From: Trichosphaerium sp. ATCC 40318
Taxonomy: Eukaryota > Protista > Tubulinea
Assembly (NCBI GenBank): GCA_038496445.1
Contig: JALMLS010000455.1
Span: forward strand, 682,001-746,000
Length of the DNA: 64,000 bases
Direction of reading: 5' to 3'
Positions 12,150 through 26,100 of this stretch are shown in pieces; position 1 is the first letter of the stretch; every line of letters begins with the position of its first letter. Both the position numbers and the translations under genes were made by a program. The notes below the pieces were generated by a model. It searched no databases and had not been told where the DNA came from. It worked only from the letters and a program-made list of their open reading frames with translations.

Positions 12150-14581
12150 AACATTGCGTTGCAAGTCACATCACATTGTGATTTTTTTGATTCTAACAGT
12201 GTCTCTTTGGTGGTTTTATTGGACGGCTTAGCAGTCCTTAAATTCCGTGTTTCTTTGCAGATTTCTGTTTTATCAGTTTGAGTGTTTTTTGATTTTATTT
12301 TACAATCTTGTACATTGTGTCAATCGTGTCATGTGACACTTACAAGGTTTTGATAAGGAGAAGAGGCAATTTCATTTCTAGGTAGCTTACTAGAGTCAAC
12401 GCTCTTTGAGGAATCATTCAAACACTCAGCAATTGACATGCGCAAATCTGGTCTAATTTCTTTTGTTCAGTTTTTAAGTCTCTGTGAGCGACTTACCTTT
12501 GTGCTGATATGAGCTTTATAGTATCATGATCAGTATTCCAATATGGTATACATATGAGAGTAATGCCTTTGAAAAAATGAGTGGGTTGCTAAACCAAGCC
12601 AATAAGGCGAAGTAAAAGAAAATACTAAGAAATAACTTACCCATCGATTGACATCTTTTTACTTTTTGGACATCCTTCTTCTTTTGCATTGATGCCAATC
12701 CATAAAAATTAGTATCATGATAATGATATTCACCTATACGACACGTTTAAATTTGTTTTACAGCGTAATTCAATCAACAAACAGAACACGTGTGAAGTTC
12801 CAAAAAAAGAAAACTACCTTGATATTCGAAAGCCAAGTTTAGACCTGGAAGGTAAATATCAAGCGATAAATTACCCAACAGATTATATTCCTCATAAATA
12901 AGGTGTCCGGGGAATATACTTTGTATTCTTACAAATAAATCTCTATGGCCAAAGGTTAGAGCTCAGTAAAGAGAGAAAATGTTGAAGGTTTTAACAATTT
13001 TACCTTTGTTTCGTCTTCTTCTCCCTTAAAGAGAATCTCTTAGTATCCCAGTTAAAGTTCGGATATAGTAGCCTTAGGTTAGGTAAATATCTATTACCCA
13101 TCCCACCAGCATTTGCAGAGATAAGTTGATCTGCAGAAACGCGATACCAAGCCTTAGGAGTATCCAAACTGAGTTGATTCTCAACACCTTGTAGCAGATC
13201 AATCAGCATCCAAAGAGGTTTTTCAAAGTGTTAGAAATAGCTTGGTGCTTACCTCTCAGAAATCCAAGAGTAGAACTAGAGTCCCTCCAAAAGCCATACT
13301 TATGCCTGAAAACAATACATTAGTTTTTCTAGCTCATGAAACTATTGATATTTTTGCACCTTTCTGTCGTCTGTTGGCGACTTGGAAAAACGCTCCAGTC
13401 CCACTTGAAAGTCGGGTATAGTTTTTTAAGACACTTTGGATATGATCTCTTCAATGGATATGACACTAGTTTTCCAACTTGCGATTGGGTAATTTTATAC
13501 CAATCTTCTGCTTTTGAAATACCTAGTTTTCCTTCCAGTGCTACCTGGTGTAAGCGGTGTATTCTTTTAACGTATATTGACATTATACCTTTTAGTGCTT
13601 CTACTACATTCTCGTTTTTCTTCCAAAAGAAGTGCGGAGTCTTCCTTTGTAAGAAAGTGAGAAAAGTGCTACTTAAATTTGTGGGCAATCCAAACCTGAA
13701 GTTATTCGGATTCCATTTGAAGTACGGATACACGGCTTGAAGAGTTCGTAATGTAGAACCGCCATATCTAGTAGAAAAGTAAGAATTGTGGTTGAGTGAG
13801 CTGGTATTGAGTCGCTTTGCGTACGTGTTTTGAATTGCTTTTCCACCTGGGAATGCATCGAGTTGAAACAATGTTATATTGTACCAATCATCCATACTCT
13901 TGATATTCTCTGCAATGCCTATATGCTCAAACATATCTCTTACATTGTCAATATTCTCCCAATAGCTTACTGGAGCCATTCTTATAACAGATAAGTCAAA
14001 CGAGAGGAAAGAAATGTCAACTTTTAAAACATGTTTTTTTTTTTGAAAAACTCACCTGAAACGCCATACTTGCCATTCAAAATTAGGATATATAGCCTTA
14101 AGACTTTGAGATAATGAGTCGCTATGCCTATTCCATGTTTAGGAAATCACAAACACCTTGAAGCGAAGAAAACAAAAAAAAGCCAAAAAAATCAGTTCAG
14201 CTCAATTGTATCACGTGCTTCATGAGTATTGTTGCTGCACCTAATGTAACAATATCCCTAGTGGTAACATTGTACCAATTCTCCATAATTTTAATCCCAA
14301 GAGCCTTAGCTATGCTATTAAACGTGATTCGTTGATGTTTTGAGTCGTTCCAATAACATGGCGGACGACGTGTTCTAAGCGCTTCAAGTCGCGATGGTCT
14401 TGATGCTACGGACGGATAATGACGTGTTCCACGTATTGGAGCAATCACTAGTACATTTTTGGTTAAAAAAGTAAACAAAGCGGCTCAGACGCATTTATAC
14501 GGTTTATGATGGCGTTCGCAAGCAATACAACGTACACGTATGTTGTCGACGCCAATAACAACAACGAAAAGGCGTAAGCAT
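12150..14581 (-). CDS. Trp-rich ~70-aa helical repeat protein with C-terminal PD-(D/E)xK (Vsr/DUF559/RAP-like) nuclease domain; possible mitochondrial presequence
   Basis: About four repeats YW..N.R..F..I...L.IK..DWY.IT...YP.F.W; C-terminal SLDIYLPGLNLAFEYQG.EYHY..KKDVQKVKRC..GITLICIPYW; 3' end approximate. Confidence 0.75.
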
Positions 14582-15082
14582 TCACATTAATCATTAAACT
14601 GCTGTTGCGCTTGATATTACGAATGTTGACATGGCTTATGGCGTTTTAGACTTAAATGCCGCCAAACGGTGCTAGCCACCAAAATGGAACGAAAACTACA
14701 ACAAAACTCAAATAGAGACGAATTGTGGGTTTCTTTTCTCGTTAGATTTTAGTGTTTGACAAGACAGATACGATGGCGTTACTGGTAGTTTGTCTATCGC
14801 TATATGGCGCGTACACATTTTGCCCCATTTTGGTCGGTCAACTTATTAAAATATGGCCGAAAAATTGCGAGTTTTCTAGAGGACAATATATTTGCCCCCA
14901 TTTACGGGTTGCGGGCTTCAATTCACCGCATTGTATTTTGCATATCCATAGGGTACGCAGCATATCCCGATCAAAGATTTCGTGCGATACTTTAACAAAC
15001 AAGAGTTTGAGCAACATAAGGATACAGAAAAAGTTGTTTGGGAGTATACGCTTTCGGTCTTATAGAGTAGTGTATAAACTTT

Positions 15083-15706
15083 ATGAGCGAAAGAGAGAAC
15101 AACAAACAACATTTGGAAGCGTTTTTAGCTGCAAGGAATGAATGCAGGGAGAGTTTGGCTAGGCTTAATGCAGTACACAATCAATTGTTAAATCAAGACG
15201 AAAATGAAGATACAGAAGAGAGCGATGAAACTAGAGCTATTCGTAATATTATGGCAGCACGCGCGATGGCTGATATAAAAAAGATTGAACATAACTCCAA
15301 TTATGATGGGACTAAAGCCAATGTAAACTTTTTTGTTTTTAATGCTTATGCTACTGCTCAAGATCAAAGACTTACTGAACTTGATATGCATGGGTGCTTC
15401 GCTCTAAATGGTGCAAACGATTTTGATATAACAAACCCTGTAGATACATCATCTGATAGTGATGAAGAGTCAGCAAGTGCAGAAGTAGAAAAAAAAGATG
15501 ACTATGAAGTTGAAGAAGACAATGAAGAAAACAGCGATTTAATAACTACAGTTCCTATTTCACAAACAGAGCCAGTGACAGACTTACCACTATCTATACA
15601 TAACGTGGCACCATATAACCTACATTGGGAAATGACTGATGCACTCGTGAATGAAGAAATAGATGAGCTCTCTGATGATATTGACATGTTTTTCCTTGAT
15701 GGTTAA
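15083..15706 (+). CDS. Acidic hypothetical protein (may have upstream exons at 14750-15050)
   Basis: 207-aa open frame with coding-like, D/E-rich composition. Confidence 0.55.
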   Translation: MSERENNKQHLEAFLAARNECRESLARLNAVHNQLLNQDENEDTEESDETRAIRNIMAARAMADIKKIEHNSNYDGTKANVNFFVFNAYATAQDQRLTELDMHGCFALNGANDFDITNPVDTSSDSDEESASAEVEKKDDYEVEEDNEENSDLITTVPISQTEPVTDLPLSIHNVAPYNLHWEMTDALVNEEIDELSDDIDMFFLDG

Positions 15707-16133
15707 GATACGTTTTCAGCAACAAAACGCTACTTTGTAAATATCATGTAAAGTAAATCACTTCGCAGGTCAGTAAACCATACTTAGGTAAATAGAAAAT
15801 TAGTGCATTCTGACTTTTGGAATGATAATAAGAGTACCACCACGTGACGAGACATAGTATCAAATAAGAGTCGAAAGTATCCACTACGAGAGTGCTTTAT
15901 TGTTAAAAAAAACCCGTGTTATAGATCTGTATTTTGATGTTGCTTTTGCAATTAGCAAATTTTTGTTGGTATGCCATGAAGTCACAAGGTCCAATTTTCG
16001 GGAAATGTATCACGTGGGGACGTATTTTGCAATGCGAAAGTGTACTCAAATTAAAAGAATTTCTACGTCCGTAATTCAATGAAACTGCGTTCTTCTTGAA
16101 GTTAACAAAGGAAAATAACAAGCCCTAAACAGC

Positions 16134-17099
16134 ATGAGCGAAACTGTAACTGCTAAGGCCAAGTGGTCCAAGTATTTAAAGCAAGTAAGAGCAAACTCAA
16201 AAGTGCAAGCGCCAAAAATCAAGCGAAAGGACCTTCATTTGCCTGAGTATGGCAGTAAGCCTGCTTTTCAGTTATTTAACGTATTATCTAAAGAAGAATG
16301 CCAACAGTTCATAAACGAGACTGAAAGACTTGGTAAGTGCGTACAAACGCATTGTCAGCAAAATTAGCCAACATTTTGTTTATCTAGGTTATGAACAGCT
16401 ACGAGCATATCCAATGAACTACAGGTCCAATACACGCGTTATGGTTGACTCTAAACCACTCTCCGATCTTTTGTGGGAGAGAATTCGCCGTACGTAGCTA
16501 TTTCAATCGTCTCAGCCTTTAATCATCTCTCTAGCTCATGTCCCTTCCGTTTTTAAAGTAGTTGGTAGAACTGGTAACCTGGAGGATTGGGATGCTTACG
16601 GATTAAACGAGCGGTTCAGATTTTGTCGTTATACCCCCGGACAGCATTTCTCTCCTCATTGTACGTTTTACTGACCAAAAACTGATCCTGACTCCTTTCT
16701 CTTAGCTGATGCTTGCTTCATGCGCACCAGAGACGACAGGAGCTTTTTGGTACGCACACTGTCAAGCGGTAGAGGCGTTAACTGCGTTCTTAGACTTTCA
16801 TGATTTATCTCAATGGCGGGTTTTCTGGTGGCACTACAAACTTTCTATCTGGAAGGATGCACTTTGATAAACACGAGGACCGTATTTTACAACGTGTAGT
16901 TGCTGAACCAGGTACATTTTAGAGGATTTTTTGAAAACGTGATTTTTTTTTTGTTGGTTCTTAGGTTTCTCTTTGGCGCTGATTTTCGTTAGGTATGGTG
17001 CTTGTATTCGAACATGATATCTATCATGAAGGGCAACGCTTGGAAGACTCAGAAAAGTACTTGATGCGTTCTGATGTAATGTACAAAAAGAGAACGTGA
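16134..17099 (+). CDS. 2OG-Fe(II) oxygenase (prolyl-4-hydroxylase-like)
   Basis: NVLSKEECQQFI, LNERFRFCRYTPGQHFSPHxD, TFMIYLN..GGTTNF, VFEHDIYHEG..KYLMRSDVMY (HxD...H...K/R). Confidence 0.92.
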
Positions 17100-17682
17100 T
17101 AATTTTGCTAGAAATAATAAAAACATAAAATTGTATTGTTAAATTGACGGTTGGTTGGCACGTGCGAGGACAATTGAATGTGTGAAAAGAATCTTCATCA
17201 CTTTAAAACACGTACTTTCGCGGTAAACACTTGAAAGTATTGGTAACAGCGTAGGAAGTAGTTTAACAAGAGGAGATAGTTCCTGTGTTTTATGGATCCT
17301 TCATTCGTTTTGGGTTAACTTGACTACACTAGTAGGTAACGAAGAAAGAAGTACAGAGCATTAGAATCTCGGTGCTATTACGTGGCCTGCCTTAATTGAT
17401 TAGTTGTGTACACAAAAACAATACTAGCAAGTCTGTAAACGTCCCCGAATTTCTCTCTTCCATTCCTAATAATCAAGTCGCCTGTATTTAGTATCCTCGT
17501 TTTAACTCCTCGGGGCTCATCAAAAACTATTATTGTACGCTACACCCTTTAATTTTATTAGTCGTTAATTTTGCTAGCCACACGAAAGCTTCTTGATTGA
17601 TACACGTGATATTTGAAGGTAAGCACACTTCCGCCAAAAAAACCTCCCTTAGGAACTTTGTTTACAATTATTTTAGATCAAA

Positions 17683-20600
17683 ATGACTCTACTACGCTTC
17701 GTATGTATAGTGTTATTTATTACCATACATCACGTAATACACGGGAACGACTGTGATTGCGTATCAAGAGAAAATGTTCGTGTAGGCGCTATTATTCCCC
17801 ATGAGAACGCAAACTATCATCCAGCGTTTTGGGAGCAAATTCAACTGGGAATGAAACAAGCTGCAAGAGATCTTAAGATACAACTAGAAATTAGAGTACT
17901 TAACATCTTCGACTCATTAAATGGCGTTGCTGCGGCTCAAACAGAGGCTGTAAATGAGATCTTATCAATCAACGTAAGTATCAATTTTCTTTTTTTTTTT
18001 TTCTGAAAATTACGCACACCCTCGTCACGGTGGTACTATTTCGTTGTTGTATAGTATGAAGCCCATGTGGTTGCAAGTTGCTACACTTGAAAATTCGTCA
18101 TCAAACGACTTGGCGTTACAACATCGTATTTTTTTTTCATCACGTGCTTAGGTTGATGGATTGATTATTTCAACGAGTGTAGCATTGACAGAGGTAAAAA
18201 ATCAACTACAAGCATCAGAAATGAAAAACATACCAGTCATCGGCATAGCAAGCGATAGGAGCCATATGGCAGAACTCAACAATAGTAACACTCTGCTTAC
18301 TTTATTCGGATCAGAAGCCATAAAAGCTGGCAGTCTTGCTGCTCAAAACCTTGCTTCAAGGATAAATGGAGTACAAAATAAGACACTTATATGTATAAAC
18401 CATAGACAAAACCAACAGTTATTCAATCTACACTGTGATGGGTTCAAGGATTATTGTCAAAATGCGAATATTTCATCGCAAGTTTTATCGTATTTGGATT
18501 CCAGTTCACTTCGTGAATCGAATATCAAAGAATTTCTTGATAATCTTGATACACTTGCTGGTGTTTTTACACTGTCTCCTGATATTGCTTCGTTTATTGA
18601 TACTATTGTACCTCAAGGAAGAGATATACTTTTATCTACGGCAGGGTTCAACGATGATGTTTGGAGATTGTTGGAGAAGAAAAGATTGTCGTTTATTGTT
18701 AGTCAACAGGTGCGTTTTTTTAGAAATAAACTGTTAAGCTTTCAAGTGTTCACTCTTGTTATAGCCGTATTATCAAGGTTATATGTCTCTTGTGTACATG
18801 AGTACATTTCTGACGAGATATCAAGTACCTTCAATGCCATTCACGACAACAGGACCAGTCGTTGTAGACACTATTAAGAACGTCACAAAGTTGGTACGAA
18901 AAATAAAAAACTCGAGTGATTTTTTTATTGACACTTTCTTTGCCATAGGGAACTCAACGTTTTGGTACAATATCTCATCGTAACTCTGCTACATCTTCTT
19001 TTTGGAGTACAGTATGGAAAGGTAGGTTAATTAGTTTATGGAAGTGAGCAACAACACGTGAAACTTAGTGTTTTTCATTTGTTCACAAACAACTATTTAA
19101 TTGTACCCTTATTTATTTTTCTACAGGTGTTAATCAAGCCGTCTCTGAACTAGACATTGAAAACGATTTGGCGTTTCTTGAAGATACTACTTTCAGTGCT
19201 GATCCATTTGAGTCTATTAAAAAATGGTCCGTTCAAAATATCGTTGTTGAACTAGTTTTCTTAATTGATATTGTTGTCATTGTTGAGGTCTTACTATTGA
19301 TTTAGGCTAGATATATTTGAAAAAAACGATACTATTGATGCTATTCATCTTACACTGGCTTATGATTTACATAATACGTCCGAGTACATTAAAGCACATG
19401 CCAAAAAACCAATAATTTCGTATAATTCTGGATATGAGATTTCTGCTCTCCATGATGTCGTTACTCATGTACGTCCTTACACATTAATTTGGTGACACTA
19501 TTTTTGTTCGAATAAATAGTTCATTTACAAACATGCAGGTTGGGCAAGACGAATACCTTGCTGGGTATCTTTCCGGAAAACGGTTTTACAATTACGGTGT
19601 ACGAAAAGCGCTTTGTGTTACAAAGCCTGATACACCAATCATTCGTTGTGATGGCTTCAGAGACGGTTTTATGTCACTAGGTGGTACAGTAGAGGATAAA
19701 AATAACGGTCGGTACACAACAGTAACAGTAGCACAAATTGAAGATTCGGCTATTCAAATAGCAGATGCCCTTTCAAGGTTTTCAATTAATGGAATCATGG
19801 CGAGTTCGAATAGCATAGTAGGGGGTACGTAGGTATGGTTTATTTGTACTGATGCATTAAAATAGCTATTGAGTTGGGAATGGAGAGAACGAATCTCACC
19901 CATGACGATATATTTCTTGGTACTTATGATTTGAATGAAGAATCAATTGGAAGACTTAACAGAGGAGAACTTAAGTTTACTGTTCTACAGCAATCTTTCT
20001 TACAAGGTTATCTACCTCAGTATATGTTATCAGTACTACAGAGGGTAGGAAACTACACTTTAGATAAGATAACTCTAAGTGGACCGAGTTTTGCTACAAA
20101 GGTAAAGTTGTCATTTGTTCTTGTTTTTTTCTCACTTCTTTGGATTCGTAGGACAATGTTGATGTACGTTTGAACCCACATTGATTATTACTTCAAAATA
20201 TAGTGCATTAATTAATAATATTCAAGTCACGAAGATGCGAAAATACAGACGTTTGTGTTGGGTCTAATAGCGAACAATCATTTTTGCTTGTGAGCGACAA
20301 AGAACAAATTGTATGCTTTTTGTAAAACGATAGCATTCTCTTTCTCATATTTGTCTTTACAGGTTGCTCAAGGTGTTGTACTTGCAAATATAACTAGATT
20401 CACACTGTTAGATGATATTAAAAGGTCAGGGAAAGTAGTAGTAACTGATGCATGTGAAGATATACCATACTCAAAAGGTGCTACCTTTTTCTGATTTGAG
20501 TTCACTGACTCTTTTCATTCAAGGTCAAATTGTTGTATCTCGTTTTGAAGGATGCTTTATATCAACAAAAGCTGCACACGCCCAAGGATCTGGAGCTTCC

Positions 20601-22458
20601 GCTTTAATAATAGTAATGCCTGAGTTATTTGAGCCAGTTGTATTTGTAAACAAGAGTGACAAAGGTTCGCTTGACATCCCAGTTCTTGTTGTAGGAGGAA
20701 ACTTCAGAGGTCAAATGCTTAGTCTGGTATGCTTGTTTTTACTTCCTAAACGATTCTCACTCTTCAATGTAGAATGGAGCACAACTATCAATACTGCAAA
20801 ATCTAGGTGCGTGAATATTGTCTCGTAAAGTCTAAACTGTGTACAGAGCTTCAAAAACTTAATAATGCTGCACGACTTGTTTTTGTTGCTTTGGCTGGGT
20901 TTGCTATTTGTTTATGTTGCTTGCTTGGAGTGTATGTTGTACTACAACGAAAACTCCCACAAATAAGAGCATCTAGCTATATATTCCTGTTACTTCTAAT
21001 CTTGGGTAAGTCCAAAAAGAAAGCTGAGATGTACTGGTACCTTTTTTTTGGTTTGACTTCGCTTTCAGGTGCTGTTCTATGTTTTGCTTCTATTTTTGCT
21101 TGGGCTTATCCTACAGGTGATCCTACTACTGTAAGTTGTATTCTTCGTCCATGGCTTATCAATATTGGGTTCACGTTGCTCTATGGGTACAAATGTCCTC
21201 TTTGATTTTTTCTAAGTTAAGTTTTCTTTGTAGGTCACTCTTCCTTAAGACATTCCGGATTTGGAGAATATTCAGGAACAAAGTTCTAAGTGCTGAAGTT
21301 ATTCTTGATTCGCATCTTATATTTTATTTATCAGCTTTCTTGGCTGTAGATATTGTATCCAATTTGTCGTTGATTTTTACTTTTTTTTTTTGTTGTTCAC
21401 TTTTCTTGACATTCTTTGATCATATTACTTGTACTGTCTATTATGCATACACCTAAACCGAAGACATACGAACTTTACGTGCAGTGTTCAATAGAATTCC
21501 CATATTTTTTGGCTATGGTACTCACCAAGGTATGAACTGAAACAAGAGAAACATTTCTGACTTTTTTCTTAGGGTTTACTACTCTTATTTGGTGTATTTC
21601 TCGCTGTCAGTACTAGAAAAGTGATATCAGCTTATAACGAAAGTAGATTCATAGGATTTTCTGTACGTTTAGGTCTTACAAAATGAGAGAAGAAAAAAAC
21701 TAATCTATTTGTTATTTTTTTAGATTTATAGTGTAAGCTTTATTGCAGCTGTAATAGTTCCCATCTATGCAGTGAATCTAAGTCTGACATCTCAGTATGT
21801 GTTGTATTCAGCAGGGGTTATTGGTACGTTTTGTAACACGTGCCTGTTTGTCTTTTGTTCGAGACTAACTTTTTTTTAGTTTCAACGGTTGTTACAGTAT
21901 GTCTTTTTAGTACTACCTTAGCACGTGATCTCCAGTTAACTTTTTCTTTGTAGATGGTTCTAATATTCGCGCCTAAAATAAGATCAATAGAAAGGTACTT
22001 GGCCACATTACGAGTTTCATGATACACTGTAAAACTGTTGTCTACCATCCTTTGAAACATTGTTTACCTTCATATCTCCATTGTATCTAACTTTCTTTAC
22101 AGAGGTGATAAATTAACTAGACAAGATGTAGCAAGACAAATGATGGAACGAGCCCAAAGAAAGGATCCGAGCACTCTTAACTCTACAACAACTAGCACGT
22201 TTTAAACAAAGCATAAAGGGCTTCAACTTACTTGCTTCTTTAGGTTTTATTGGAGAGGTGTCTACTATGAAGGATTTGGAGTCAAGATACAAGAAGAAGC
22301 TGGCAGCTAAGGAGCAAGAGATCGCTGCATTGAAACAGAAGTTGAGAGCATTAGAAAACCCAAAAGAAAAAGAGGAGTCTACTACTAAATCTCAAGCGGT
22401 TGTGACTCCAAAAAAACAGTCATCATCTTCCTCTTCAAAAGAGGAGGAAACTAGCTAA
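17683..22458 (+). CDS. Class C (GABA-B-like) GPCR with two periplasmic sugar-binding-type domains, a PA domain, 7TM and C-terminal coiled coil
   Basis: Signal peptide; two PBP1 modules (FWEQIQLGMKQAA..SQQPYYQGY; VGQDEYLAGY..QQSFLQGY); PA motif (DAC..GQIVV.RF.GC....KAAHAQGSGASALII..IPVLVV); 7tm_3 motifs IRASS, CILRPWL..GFTLLYGSLFLKTFRIWRIF, NESRFIG, FAPK. Confidence 0.9.
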
Positions 22459-23197
22459 TTAGCATTTGTATTTCTAGTAAAATTGTATCTTTTTTGATGT
22501 TGACACGTGTAAAAAGGAAACTCTGGAAGTTTGATTGAAGTGCATCCATCAACCTTTGATATTGTTTCTATATTTCAGATTTCAGGGTACATGATTTTTT
22601 CTAATGCACGTGTGATGGATAAATAAAAACTCCGAGCAGGGTAAGCGTATTTTTTAACAAGCTACAATCGCTTTCAGAATACATCCCTACACGGGTTCAC
22701 TAATTTAGTACAGTGACGGACGGTAAACCGTTTTGTTCTCGTGTCAACTTTAGTAAACAAATCACGTGAATACACATGTCCACAATAGGTCTATTGGTTT
22801 GAGGTCTATTCAGGTACACAAATTTTAAACGCTAATGTTTGTCTTGGGTTTTGCCCGGTGAAAGTTTTTTAACTATCGCCTTTGCTTATTGTTAAGAGTG
22901 GGCGATGCAAACTCTATCCTGACGCTCTGTAGGGGTTTTGACTTACAGCCTAACATTTCCAACTTAGACGCTTTTAATGTACGTACAAGCGTTGACTACA
23001 TCGGTTTACTACTAGCACAAGTTATTTAGCTATCGTTGAAAACAGACTTTTTTCGTAACTTTCGAACGTGACATTTATTTTTAGCGAATTTGTTTTTTCG
23101 TTTTAGCTAATTTTTTTCTTTAGCGAACTAGCTCTGTTCTTTTGTGAATTACACGCGCAATCATTTGGGTTTTGTTATTTCCGGTTGATCGTAAACA

Positions 23198-26100
23198 ATG
23201 GCCCAAATTAAATCCGCTCGTGGTGATGATCTTTTGGTGTTTAGTAAGTGGGTTTTTTTTGAAGTTGTCATGAATGAGTCGTTTTTTAGGAAACATATTC
23301 ACTCTGGATGAGGCTTGTTTTTACAAAGGGACTTTAAAAAATGGTATCAGACATGGCAAAGGCGAAATGACATGGTACTTTGATAACGATGTTACTGGTA
23401 AGAGAGTGTTTTTGTGATGATTACCAAAAATACTTAGGCTATAAGAATGGTAGCAAATACATTGGCGACTTTGTGGATGGCAAAATGACAGGAAAAGGAG
23501 AGCTTTATTCGCCAGATGGTACCAAATACATTGGCGACCTTGTGGATGATAAGTTAACAGGGAAAGGAGAGCTTTATTGGCCAGATGGTAGAAAATACAT
23601 CGGTGACTTTGTGGATGGCAAAATGACAGGAAAAGGAGAGCATTGTTGGCTAGATGGTAACAAATACATCGGTGACTTTGTGGATGGCAAGAGAACAGGA
23701 AAAGGAGAGCATTGTTGGCCAGATGGTAACAAATACATCGGTGACTTTGTGGATGGCAAGAGTACAGGAAAAGGAGAGCTTTATTCGCCAGATGGTAGCA
23801 AATACATTGGCGACTTTGTGGATGGCAAGAGAACAGGGAAAGGAGAGCTTTGTTCGCCAGATGGTAGCAAATACATTGGCGACTTTGTGAATGACTATAT
23901 GGCAGGAAAAGGAGAGCTTTATTCGCCAGATGGTAGCAAATACGTTGGTAACTTTGTGTATGGCAAGAGAACAGGAAAAGGAGAGCTTTATTTGCCAAAT
24001 GGTACCAAATACATTGGTAACTTTGTGGGTGAGCAGTTTCTTAATTCGGCAGCTACCAAGATTTCTGGAGAACCCAATCAACACGCCTTTTTCAAAATGG
24101 CAATAATTTGCACCAAAAGTACATCCGCGGCCATTGAAGATGTTTTTGTATTTTCAGAAGATACAAAGTACTTCAAGAAGCTGAATGATTGGTTTATAGC
24201 TCCCACATTTATTACTTTACCTCAAAAAGACAGTTTCGAAATATTGTGTCAGAAATCCTTAATTTTTGAGATCAGTTCCAAAAAGACATTCACAGGATTT
24301 GTTAAACAGATAAGACTACACAAAGATGAAAACAATAGGTTGTGCGATGTGGTATTTGTTTATGATCTTTGTTTACGTGACCCTGAGATATCATTACATC
24401 AAGGTACATACCAACAACATATTTAACTGTGTGCTGATATTAATAATTTAGTTACAACTATAGCACGTGAGATTCCAGGGGCACGTGTGATACCAATAAA
24501 GATACGTGACATAACAAAAGAACAATTTCAAGGTGAATATTACGGATCATTGTCCCCTCAAAAACCATCAATTGCTTCTGGTATGAATCACACAGAATAC
24601 GAATACATAAAGCAACTGAAAGCAAAATTGTTGGTTGTGGGTCATGGAGGAGCAGGTATGCTCAAGCAATATGAGTTTCTTCAAATTAACGCAATATTAG
24701 GAAAGACAACTTTAGTAAAGACGTTGTCAGGTGAAAAAGATGAGAGTGTTGATTCAACAGTTGGCTTTGATACCTCTTCTCTATTGTATGTTTGTTCGAT
24801 ATTCTATATGAGATGTAACACTAACACATGTAGATATGGTAATTTATCATTCACTGTTTTAGACTTTGCTGGACAGATGGAATACAAAGGGCTTCATAAG
24901 TATTTTTTCGCCAAACAACTTGCCATTTACATCATAGTTGTAAGATCCTAAGACCACGTGAACAAACATTTTCTTATCTATTCTTTTTAGATTGACTTAT
25001 CACTATCAATTACAGAGCAGAAAGAGCACCTTAAGCACTGGGTTCATACCCTTAGTAAGTTTTTGAAAGGACAAGATGCGACATACTACTCAGTGATTGT
25101 ATATGGATCCAAGTCGGATATCCATTCAGGAGACTTAGAAGCCAATAAAAAAGAGCTACACTCCTTCCGGATGAAATCGTCAGTGTACCTTGTGTTTTGC
25201 TTAGATGGTACTCATGTTTTAACTAAGCAAGTTTTCTAATGTTGTTTCAAAAGGTATAGCTGGTCTTGAAAAGAAATTGAAGCGTCAAGCAAAATACATG
25301 AAGTCACAGTACCCAAAAGTACCAACTCTATACGACAAAGTACAAAAAGCATTAAAGAAAGCAGTTGTGAAAAAAGATAGATTGAAGGATAACATCATAT
25401 CATTGTACGTTAATTACTTTTTCAGAAACACTGATAATTAACATGAAAATAGTGAAGACGTCACTCAACTGTTACCTGAGACTATTAAAATGGCTCCTAT
25501 TGAGTTGGTTGCCTCGTTAAATTACCTTCACTCTATTGGTAGCATTATGTTTGATGAGGTACTTCTGCTTGCCTAAAACCTTTTCTGTGAGTTTGAACTC
25601 GATTTAATTATCCCTATAGTCATCGTACATGTTGTGTTTAGACCCTCCCATTCTATCTCGTATTATGAGTGTCTTTATTGCTCCTACAGAACACCTGAAC
25701 AGATTATTGAATGGAAATTCTCGGAATCACTGCGCTGTGTTCACTTATGCAGAGGCCCATTACCGCATCTCAAAGGTATTCAAACAGTGTACAATGGTTG
25801 AAGTGAAGCAAGTGATGAGATTCTTGGTTAAATTGTCATTTTGTGTTCGCTTGACAAGAGAAGAAAAGGTAGCACTTTGTAACATGTTTTTATTGGTACA
25901 TTATTTACTTACTGTGGTTAGAAAGTATACGGCTCAGATGGATACATCATAATTTCATTATTGCCAAAAGCTGATATGTTGTACTTTCCACCTGTGACGG
26001 AAAAGGAGGCCAGTATCGATCTAGTTAAACGCAGAAAGGAGGAATTATCCATATTTTCTGACGTGTTTTACTTGAACAAGTTGCCAACAAAGTGGAGGTT

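Noticed and set aside
14752-15141. 129-aa ORF overlapping the start of the acidic ORF
   Set aside because: No motif, and no phase-consistent splice into 15083-15706 could be established
15370-15410. Smr-domain-like start LTELDMHG
   Set aside because: Downstream sequence is low-complexity acidic and lacks the Smr ITGxG motif
23449-24030. CRISPR-like regular array
   Set aside because: Contiguous coding tandem repeats with no unique spacers, in a eukaryotic gene
23321-24084. Long minus-strand repetitive ORFs (225 aa, 144 aa)
   Set aside because: Antisense shadows of the 69-bp MORN repeats
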